A stretch of DNA of 64,000 bases from a virus (Duplodnaviria > Caudoviricetes), in the IMG/VR virus record IMGVR_UViG_3300032306_000439, positions 1-64,000 of that record; one strand, 5' to 3'. This document shows, one piece after another, positions 56,783-64,000 of this stretch (the stretch's first letter is position 1; every line of letters begins with the position of its first letter). The translations under genes were made by a program, and so were the position numbers. The notes under the pieces were generated by a model. It worked only from the letters and a program-made list of their open reading frames with translations. It was not told the DNA's origin and did no database searches.

Positions 56783-57322
56783 ATGAGCGAGGCACCCAAA
56801 GCATTTCTGGGCATTGACGCCAGCGTCAGGTCCTCGGGGGTTGTTGTGCTCAGGAGCGGATTCGCTCCGCTGCAGGTAAGGATAGCCCCTCCTGCGTCCC
56901 TTGGCGAGAAGAGCTTTGCCTATATCTACGATAACTTCGAGGCGACCATAAAACTTCTAGGTAAAGTCGACATGGCGGCTATAGAAGGCCCCTCGTTTAA
57001 TTCTTTGAACCGGCCTTTCGACATGGGCGCTGCCTACGGGGTGTTCAAAGTCCTAATGGCTAAGAACAAGATACCGTTCGTAACAGTCCCTCCAAAGAGC
57101 TTGAAGAAGTACATGACCGGCAACGGGGCCGCTAGCAAAGAAACAATGGTTCTGTACGCCAACAGCCTTGGGCTAGATAGCAAGCAAGAGGACATAGCTG
57201 ACGCCTTCGCTCTGGCCCTAGTAGCTAAAGATTGCTATCATGGCAAAGCTGAGGTAAGAACTAGGGCAAGAGAGGAAGTAGTGCAGCAAAGCCTCACTAC
57301 TCTAGTGTCCTATGCCGCTTAG
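56783..57322 (+). CDS. ruvC: Holliday junction resolvase
   Basis: LGIDAS, AIEG, LKKYMTGNGAASK, DIADAFAL. Confidence 0.88.
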   Translation: MSEAPKAFLGIDASVRSSGVVVLRSGFAPLQVRIAPPASLGEKSFAYIYDNFEATIKLLGKVDMAAIEGPSFNSLNRPFDMGAAYGVFKVLMAKNKIPFVTVPPKSLKKYMTGNGAASKETMVLYANSLGLDSKQEDIADAFALALVAKDCYHGKAEVRTRAREEVVQQSLTTLVSYAA

Positions 57323-57764
57323 CAGCTCTGTGCTCCACTTGGGGCTTAGTCAGGTAAGTCCGAGCAGGCTTCAGCCAGAGTGCGGCCCTGAGTGGGTAAG
57401 GGCCTTTACTCCATACATACAAGCCTCGGTTCCAGGGGCAGCAAGCCCAGGTCTTGTAGAGAGTAATCTCTACTCTACCCTAGGCTCCGCCATGGCGTCA
57501 CTGCCGCCGGGTACTTTCCCTAATACCTTGCAAACGGCGCTCATAGGCTTCTGGACTACGTTCATACCCATAGGCGTTCCGGGCATGACAGTCGTAGCGG
57601 CTACGCCTACCTTGGTAGGACCTCTTAGGGTGGCCATGGCGCGCGCCTCTGGCTGCTTGGACCGGCCTTCTGCTATGCTGCCTATAGCCCAAGCTATAGA
57701 CGCCTGGACCAGGACCATAATGTACGGAACCCCAGGCACGGGCCCGACTACGCCCCTATTATAA
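57312..57764 (+). CDS. Hypothetical protein
   Basis: 150 aa, overlapping the ruvC end and filling the gap. Confidence 0.55.
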   Translation: MPLSSSVLHLGLSQVSPSRLQPECGPEWVRAFTPYIQASVPGAASPGLVESNLYSTLGSAMASLPPGTFPNTLQTALIGFWTTFIPIGVPGMTVVAATPTLVGPLRVAMARASGCLDRPSAMLPIAQAIDAWTRTIMYGTPGTGPTTPLL

Positions 57765-58187
57765 AGCCCAGCCAGCAGCGAACGCTCCAGCTACAAGAAG
57801 GCTGGAGACTATAACAACCGGCCACTTGGCGCCGTCCCTTAGAGACCACCCCCTCTCTTCTTTCAGAGAGGCGTTTAGGTCGTTTATTAGGATAGAATCC
57901 TTGGCCACGCGGTCTTTTAAAGCCCAGCTCTGGCCATTTACAATATCAATAGCTGCTAGCAGATCGTTTATCCTCTGCTCTTGATACTCGGACTTCTCCT
58001 GTAGCAGGAGGCTCTTGTCCCTGTCACCTAAGCACTGAGCCTCGAAGACCTTTAGCTTCTTGGCTCCGTCTAAATCGTAGCAGGCCCCTAGGTTAGTCTC
58101 AGTCCACCTAGGAAGAGTGAAAGTATCAGCTCTGCAGATCCTTAAAGGAACGAGCAGCATTAATCCTACTAATAGCCCTCTTAACAT
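57759..58187 (-). CDS. Exported coiled-coil protein with C-terminal TM (spanin-like?)
   Basis: Signal-like N-terminus, coiled coil, C-terminal hydrophobic helix. Confidence 0.55.
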   Translation of the reverse strand: MLRGLLVGLMLLVPLRICRADTFTLPRWTETNLGACYDLDGAKKLKVFEAQCLGDRDKSLLLQEKSEYQEQRINDLLAAIDIVNGQSWALKDRVAKDSILINDLNASLKEERGWSLRDGAKWPVVIVSSLLVAGAFAAGWAL

Positions 58188-58464
58188 TGTTGTCTACCTC
58201 AGAGATCTTGTCGTCGATGGAGTTTATCTTCACAGAAGCCTGCCTGACCCTCTCAAGGGCTTTAGCCGCCTCTTTGTCGCCTTGGGCGTTTCTGAACTCC
58301 ATCTCGCTAGTCTCTTTGTTTCTGTCCTGTACCTTCTTCTCGAGCTGAAGGGCGTTGGACTTAAGCTTCAGAACGGCCACTAGAATAGTGACCGCTATGA
58401 CCAGCAGGTAGACCCACCAGGGTGACTTAGCCTTGCCTAGCTTCTCTAGAAGAAGATCGGTCAC
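58126..58464 (-). CDS. N-terminal TM plus coiled-coil protein (i-spanin-like?)
   Basis: WWVYLLVIAVTILVAVL then coiled coil; GTGA-coupled start. Confidence 0.55.
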   Translation of the reverse strand: MTDLLLEKLGKAKSPWWVYLLVIAVTILVAVLKLKSNALQLEKKVQDRNKETSEMEFRNAQGDKEAAKALERVRQASVKINSIDDKISEVDNNVKRAISRINAARSFKDLQS

Positions 58465-60113
58465 GGTATCTCTCGTACCTCTACGTATATCTGTATGCCC
58501 CCAGCTACTACGGTGCCTCCCGTCATAGTTGGGGTACAAACAAACGTGGTGGTTATCTTGGTGCCAGTCGACCCAAGATCAGGCGGTGAAAGAGAGTACA
58601 GAGTCTCCGAGACAGGAACTTCGTACTTGCCTTCTAATGGAGCGTTGAATTCACCGAACAGTTCAAACAGGGGTAGAATGTCTGTTTCTCCTACCACCAC
58701 CTCAAAGGTCAATGACTTATCAACGGCGTTTAGAGAGAATTGCTCGTCAATTACGAACCAGACCTTCGTAATCCTGTCCTTAGTGGACAGTCTAGCGTGA
58801 CCATCATAATTGAGGTCGAAGGTGATAGAGGTGCCGCTCGTTAGGTCGGAGGCGGACACTCTCTTGCTAAGGCACCTAGTTCTGCGGGCAGCCTGCTTCA
58901 CCAGCCTGTCTAGCTGGGAAGATAGAGTTCCCGACGCTAGGTTAACTCCGCCATAGCTGTCTATCTCAGAGTTGCTATCCACGTTGCCGGAAGAGCTCCG
59001 TAGAATAGACCCTATAGCAGCTGCTCCCTCGCTGCTCTCCTCCGTAGAGGCCAGTTCAGCATATGGAGACACCGGCAAGCTGAACGACAGTATGCGCGCA
59101 GGTATGTTTGGGATGTACCCTGCGCCGTGATGGAATATAAAGCCGTCACCGTCGTAGGTCACTATTGGTACTATGTTGTACCCAGAATAGTCCTTCTCGG
59201 TTATGTACCCGCCGGTCCCGGTCTTTACTGACGTGTAGTCAGCCCCAGACTTGGTGTACAAAGCCCAGCTTAGGGGAAGGTCGGTGCTCTCCCAGAGTAT
59301 TCTAAAGGGCGTAGTGCCTACTACCTCTATGAAGGTCTCCCCCACATTGGACACCTCTAGATAGTCGACATCCGCCCCAAGGGTGCCTCCTCGTCCTCCC
59401 TTTGCGAACCAACTATCCGCAGCCTCAGAAAACACGCTAGTAATGGCTACGTAAAGAGTGTTGTCTGATACAGGCACCCCGTCAGCGTCGACCAATTCCA
59501 GCCCGTCAGGGCCTAGGTCAGTCAGCAGAGTGACAGCCTCGTCTTTTATTACAGTCCTCAGGGGCAGCTTCACCAGCTGAGCCTCTGGAGACAAGTTTCC
59601 TATGGCTACATTTGGAAATTGGTAGTCATTGCCCCAAGAAAACTCCGTCCTGGAGTCAACGCCCAGATGGGGCACCTTAAGGGCGATAGTGTCGCCCTTC
59701 TTGATCATGTGGTTGTCGTTCTTGTCGGAGTTGGTGTAGAAGGTATTGAAATCCGACTCGCGGATAACAACCTTGCCTCCGGCAATAGCCGAGCTGGCCA
59801 GGACTAGCGGCGTAGCAGCGTAAGGGCTGAACTTCCATGCCGAGACCGTGGCGGGTATAGCTCCTATGGCTACGTGAGACTGCTCGGTGACGTAGCAAAC
59901 TCCGCCAAGAGAAGTTATGTAAGAGCCGGTCTCTTCGCGGTACTTCTGGTCTAGATCCAGAACGGAGGTCTTAAGAACCTCAGTTCTATTCCTAAGATTC
60001 TCGTCAGGCCTTCTAAGAGTGACCTGATTTACAGGCTCGCCATTGCTTATGGGCTGGATAGAATTTACGTTATCCTCGCCCGTGTCCCCACCCTGTTTAA
60101 AATCTACCGGCAC
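58461..60113 (-). CDS. Tail fibre/baseplate-anchored protein
   Basis: N-terminal GEPVNQVTLRRPDENLRNRTEVLK anchor-like motif; beta-rich body. Confidence 0.65.
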   Translation of the reverse strand: MPVDFKQGGDTGEDNVNSIQPISNGEPVNQVTLRRPDENLRNRTEVLKTSVLDLDQKYREETGSYITSLGGVCYVTEQSHVAIGAIPATVSAWKFSPYAATPLVLASSAIAGGKVVIRESDFNTFYTNSDKNDNHMIKKGDTIALKVPHLGVDSRTEFSWGNDYQFPNVAIGNLSPEAQLVKLPLRTVIKDEAVTLLTDLGPDGLELVDADGVPVSDNTLYVAITSVFSEAADSWFAKGGRGGTLGADVDYLEVSNVGETFIEVVGTTPFRILWESTDLPLSWALYTKSGADYTSVKTGTGGYITEKDYSGYNIVPIVTYDGDGFIFHHGAGYIPNIPARILSFSLPVSPYAELASTEESSEGAAAIGSILRSSSGNVDSNSEIDSYGGVNLASGTLSSQLDRLVKQAARRTRCLSKRVSASDLTSGTSITFDLNYDGHARLSTKDRITKVWFVIDEQFSLNAVDKSLTFEVVVGETDILPLFELFGEFNAPLEGKYEVPVSETLYSLSPPDLGSTGTKITTTFVCTPTMTGGTVVAGGIQIYVEVREIP

Positions 60114-60121
60114 GGCTCACC

Positions 60122-60721
60122 TCAAGTAAGGAAGATAGTCCAGCTGTACTCTAGCATAATGGCTTCAGTCTTCGTGACTGGAGGATGGGCCTGTCGAGCA
60201 AACATCCTAGAATCAGAAGTACCAACTGGGTCTAAAGATAAGGCACTGCCACGGGTCCACAAAGAAACTTCGGCTATAGGGTCGTCGGCGTTAGCCTTGT
60301 CGGCAGCGAACGTAGCCACGAACTTTATAGAAGAGTTAGTGGGGAAGGTTATAGAGGATATAAGGGCTGTGGCGCTCTCCTGATCATCAAGAGGAGCCAC
60401 TAAGTCAGTATCGGCCCTAGCTGCCGGAGAGTCCCCGGTGCCTACCCTCATGTACCTGACCACGTTCTTCTGAGGATCAGACACTACAGTCTGAGCTACA
60501 GCAAAGCCCCTGTCTGTATCAGCAGGATGTGAACCTTCTATGTTTATGGCCGTGCCATCATCATCAAAGTCCGATTGCACCATTAGATCCATGAGAACTA
60601 GAGGGGCAAGGTAGGTTATGGAGTTTTTGTCATGGTGCCTGTACAAGCACCTCCCATTCTTGTCCAAAACCCTAAGAAGAACTTCTCCCCTAAGGGGGAC
60701 CATGGAATCTTTAAGCAACAT
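60122..60721 (-). CDS. Baseplate/tail-fibre attachment protein
   Basis: MRVGTG...DTDL...EVSLW...MFAR...VTKT...YSWTI pattern seen in contractile-tail baseplate modules. Confidence 0.65.
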   Translation of the reverse strand: MLLKDSMVPLRGEVLLRVLDKNGRCLYRHHDKNSITYLAPLVLMDLMVQSDFDDDGTAINIEGSHPADTDRGFAVAQTVVSDPQKNVVRYMRVGTGDSPAARADTDLVAPLDDQESATALISSITFPTNSSIKFVATFAADKANADDPIAEVSLWTRGSALSLDPVGTSDSRMFARQAHPPVTKTEAIMLEYSWTIFLT

Positions 60722-63662
60722 TGATAGCCCTCACTGAACAGGGAGTGTCTGATATGTAGAAAGGCGTAGAATCTACCTCAATGGTACCGCTGTAAGCCGT
60801 GTTAGTCACTGAAATTCCATTTACAAAGTGCTTACGTACGGCTAGCTCCTCAAGAGCCAACGGCATGCCCATAGAAGATGGGGGAGTAGTTACTCTGGTA
60901 GTGTCTAGCTCGTGCCTGTCAATTAGGGGGTCCATTCCACCAACAAAGGCATTCCTGTAGGACCCGACTCCACCTAGCAGGTCACCAACGCTCGCTACTG
61001 AAGTGTAGTAGACAATTCCTCCGTTTGAGAGCTGGTAGCTGAACCCATGCCCGTAGTAGGGAGTGCCAGAAAGTAGACTGATACGAGCTCTGTTAGAATA
61101 CCCAGCCGTGGTAGACCCAGTAATCCCTGACTGAGTAGGCAATAGCCAGTTAGAGTCTATGTAGAAAGAGGTCTGGGTGATGTCGTAGCCAAGAGCGGGG
61201 TCGAGAACCCGGAACGTCTCACCTGCTATAACTACTTGCTGTCCTACTCTAAGCTCATCAATAAACCTAGTCCCTACCCCGACTACAAAGTTAGAGCCGT
61301 TGAACAGGAAGAGGGTGCCGGTTAGGTCATAAGACCCCTCGGCTATTACAGAGAACTTCTCTATCTCAAACTCGCAGTCAAGAACGTGGAGAGTGTCACC
61401 GTCCTGAACTCCTAGAGCTTCCCAAGAGTCCCCGCTTGTTGCGTCTTCAAAGTCATTGAAGTCGCGAGCTCCTACGTATACGGCGTTCTCAATGCCTATG
61501 GAGAAGTCTTCCAGGGGCAGGATTACCTTTATACCAAGATCCTCATCGTCAAAAACTTCGTAGTTATCACGAAGCTCTGACCCGGACCTAACATATGGAT
61601 AGCAGTGAGCGGGCTTGGATTGCAGTATCAAGTCCAGGACAAAGGACTGCGAGCGAGGGAAGGTAGCCGTGGCAGTGTCAAATGTCACAGCGAACATGTT
61701 CCACTTAAGGAACCTGTTCATTAATAGCCAAGCAGGCTGATGATAGTCCCCTGGGTACTCTGACAGGGTTCCCAGTGGCAGAGTACCTGTCTTACCTTGG
61801 ATTGCAAAATCTACATAGGTAGGATCTGCTATATCAGCAGCTGGTATTACGGTATCCAGCTTTATCCAGTACTTGCCTACTTCTTCTATACTGCACAGTA
61901 TAGGAGAGGTGCCTGTTATAAGCAGGTCGTCTCCAACTGCGGCCCCGAGCGAATAGAACCCTTCGGGGGCGTAAGAGTAGTGCAGGTATTGGTACCCAGC
62001 GGTGGACACATCTCCGTCTTCATCGGCTCCAACAAAGTGGCCTAGGTCTCCTACTCTGGATATGTCTCCTCCAGCATTTAAGAAGTTGCCAAGCACCGCA
62101 GAGCTTACAGTCCTTCGGTGAGGGGGTAGTCCAGGAGCAAGGGCATATGGAACTACGGAATCCTCCCACCATAGGGGGTCTTCTACGTAATCAGTAACTC
62201 TGAACACCGACGTCAGCGTATCGAAGGACTCAAACTGCTGTCCGCTGGGCAGATTCTGGGCAAAGAACCCGGCAGTTCCAGATAGCAACGGGACTCCAGG
62301 CGAGTTCTCCAAAGACCAGGCCAGGCCTGAGCCTTCCTCCGCGTCAGCTAGCTCTACCTGTATATGAGTGTTGAATACGAACTGTATGGACTTTCTAGTG
62401 GCCCCAATAACAAGCTCTGTTACCCCAGCCTCGAGCCCGTCTAGGTCTAGGAAAGACCCTATGTCTTCCAGAGAGGCCAGGTCGGAGAAGATGGTATACG
62501 ATCCATCTCTCTCAACGGAGTCGTACACCTTTGCTGCCGCTATTACCTCTGGCAGTAGTGGCGTGCCTGAGTTGAACAGGTACTCCTCGGTAAAGTCAGC
62601 GTTTGATACCGAGGTGGTTATAGTTACGTCGCCGGCACCGTTGAAACTTATGTCTTCTATAGTTTCGTAGGTGTTCCTCACTACTGGCAGTCCGGACACT
62701 ACGTTTAGGGCGGACTCTATCCTGGATAGAGAGGGACCACCAAGGTACAGATTCCATATTCCCCTAATGAAAGCCCGATACTCTTCTGTAGAGGGCTCTT
62801 TGTTAGAAGAAATTGCAGTGCCATACATCTCATATAGAGTGTAGTAGTCCTTCTTTACATCTGGAGACCATAAAGAAAGGACTCTGACTCTAGTAGCAAA
62901 AGAAGTAGACAGACATGTCAGAGCCTCGAACTTATCGAAGAAGTTCGGTGAATCGGCTCCTATATTGCAGGTTATTGTGCCCTCAGGTGGTAGAGGCGTC
63001 CTGTTTTTTACGGTTATGTACCCTGGAGATATGCCTGATACCTCAGAGTAGTAAATCCTGCCGCTGCTGGTTACTGAGCGAACAGTATCCCCAACAGCTA
63101 CAGACGTAGCCGTCCAATCAGGGACTCGCACAGACTTTAGCCTGACCGTGGAGTCAAACACGGCGGTCGTGAGGGCGAACCCAGGTATTGGGTTACCAAG
63201 CCCGTCCCAGTTAAATGGATCGGAATAGAACAGTAAGAACCACCCTGTCGTGGGCACGGAGGGATTTAACTGCGCCAACTCCCGCAGCCTTCTAGAGTCA
63301 TTCTGTATGACATCAAAATCGTAGCTCTTCTCCAGCACCCTAGTAGGAGAAAGAACTACGTTGTGCAGTAGGTCTACATCCCTAACATCGTCAGGAAGTG
63401 CGTACAGAAAGTACGATACCCCAGGCTCCCCAGTAGGTATCTCTAGTACTCGATCCTCGTACATTACTAGATTGTACCAAGGGAAGCTCTCCTCCAGTGG
63501 TACGTCCCTCAGAGACAGCCTTGTCAATGACAGCAGCATGTCTTGGTAGGCTTTTCCGGCGGCCTCTAATGAAGCCTCATGGGCCCTGACTATTACGTCC
63601 GAGTCCTTGAAGAATCTAAGCCAGAAGTCGCTAATGCCTTCTAGTAGGATCTTGCCGTTCAC
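60711..63662 (-). CDS. Large baseplate wedge-like protein
   Basis: 983 aa, acidic; EEYRAFIRG...GPS...IESAL and KPAH motifs resemble baseplate wedge proteins. Confidence 0.65.
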   Translation of the reverse strand: MNGKILLEGISDFWLRFFKDSDVIVRAHEASLEAAGKAYQDMLLSLTRLSLRDVPLEESFPWYNLVMYEDRVLEIPTGEPGVSYFLYALPDDVRDVDLLHNVVLSPTRVLEKSYDFDVIQNDSRRLRELAQLNPSVPTTGWFLLFYSDPFNWDGLGNPIPGFALTTAVFDSTVRLKSVRVPDWTATSVAVGDTVRSVTSSGRIYYSEVSGISPGYITVKNRTPLPPEGTITCNIGADSPNFFDKFEALTCLSTSFATRVRVLSLWSPDVKKDYYTLYEMYGTAISSNKEPSTEEYRAFIRGIWNLYLGGPSLSRIESALNVVSGLPVVRNTYETIEDISFNGAGDVTITTSVSNADFTEEYLFNSGTPLLPEVIAAAKVYDSVERDGSYTIFSDLASLEDIGSFLDLDGLEAGVTELVIGATRKSIQFVFNTHIQVELADAEEGSGLAWSLENSPGVPLLSGTAGFFAQNLPSGQQFESFDTLTSVFRVTDYVEDPLWWEDSVVPYALAPGLPPHRRTVSSAVLGNFLNAGGDISRVGDLGHFVGADEDGDVSTAGYQYLHYSYAPEGFYSLGAAVGDDLLITGTSPILCSIEEVGKYWIKLDTVIPAADIADPTYVDFAIQGKTGTLPLGTLSEYPGDYHQPAWLLMNRFLKWNMFAVTFDTATATFPRSQSFVLDLILQSKPAHCYPYVRSGSELRDNYEVFDDEDLGIKVILPLEDFSIGIENAVYVGARDFNDFEDATSGDSWEALGVQDGDTLHVLDCEFEIEKFSVIAEGSYDLTGTLFLFNGSNFVVGVGTRFIDELRVGQQVVIAGETFRVLDPALGYDITQTSFYIDSNWLLPTQSGITGSTTAGYSNRARISLLSGTPYYGHGFSYQLSNGGIVYYTSVASVGDLLGGVGSYRNAFVGGMDPLIDRHELDTTRVTTPPSSMGMPLALEELAVRKHFVNGISVTNTAYSGTIEVDSTPFYISDTPCSVRAINVA

Positions 63663-64000
63663 ACAAGCTCCGTAAGAGTGATCAGGTCCTCAAACGAAAC
63701 GAATCTGACGGTGTTATCGCTGACCTGCTCATTGAGTCTAGTGGTACCGTCATAGGCAGTGGAGTCTGCCAGTAGCGTCATGTCCTCAACTGTGATCTTG
63801 TTCTGAGTAACGTACTTTATCTCCCTCCCAGAAGGAGACTGCAGGTACATGCTTACTGTTATAGGCAGGGCGACTCCCTGGACATACAGATCAAAGTTGC
63901 CCATCAGGAACACTACAATGTCAGATACCTTGAGGCCTTCTGGGAACAGATTGTTATTCAGGTACGAGCATATAGCAGCCTTGGCCTCCTGCTCAGGTAG
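63659..64000 (-). CDS. C-terminus of a baseplate J-like protein (partial)
   Basis: Frame open to the window edge (LPEQEAKAAICSYLNNNLFPEGLKVSDIVVFLM...). Confidence 0.55.
   Translation of the reverse strand, partial: LPEQEAKAAICSYLNNNLFPEGLKVSDIVVFLMGNFDLYVQGVALPITVSMYLQSPSGREIKYVTQNKITVEDMTLLADSTAYDGTTRLNEQVSDNTVRFVSFEDLITLTELV

Overview
Gene-dense 64 kb segment of a large tailed bacteriophage (jumbo-phage-like), standard genetic code. Minus strand, mostly virion genes: partial tail fibre, major capsid protein, prohead protease, about 20 head/core proteins sharing K-x-A motifs, portal, terminase large subunit, tail/baseplate genes, a sigma-70 factor and a multisubunit RNA polymerase encoded as a beta/beta'-N fusion plus a separate beta'-C gene. 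Plus strand, mostly replication/early genes: SNF2 and DinG helicases, RNase H, two PD-(D/E)XK nucleases, ParB-like protein, SSB-like protein, primase-helicase, UDG-fused family A DNA polymerase, MoxR ATPase, VWA-metallopeptidase, RuvC. The best candidate for an undescribed system has two parts. (i) A ~520 bp non-coding array right after the DNA polymerase gene (41218-41740) made of four tandem units with different sequences but shared structure; each resembles a retron msr-msd (closing inverted repeat, G opposite G, conserved AAAT(T/A)CG, two classes of triloop hairpin). (ii) A retron-type reverse transcriptase (50226-51326) with an atypical YSDN active site, no NAxxH motif and no adjacent non-coding space. 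The link between them is inference. All protein calls come from motif recognition by eye; no searches were run.
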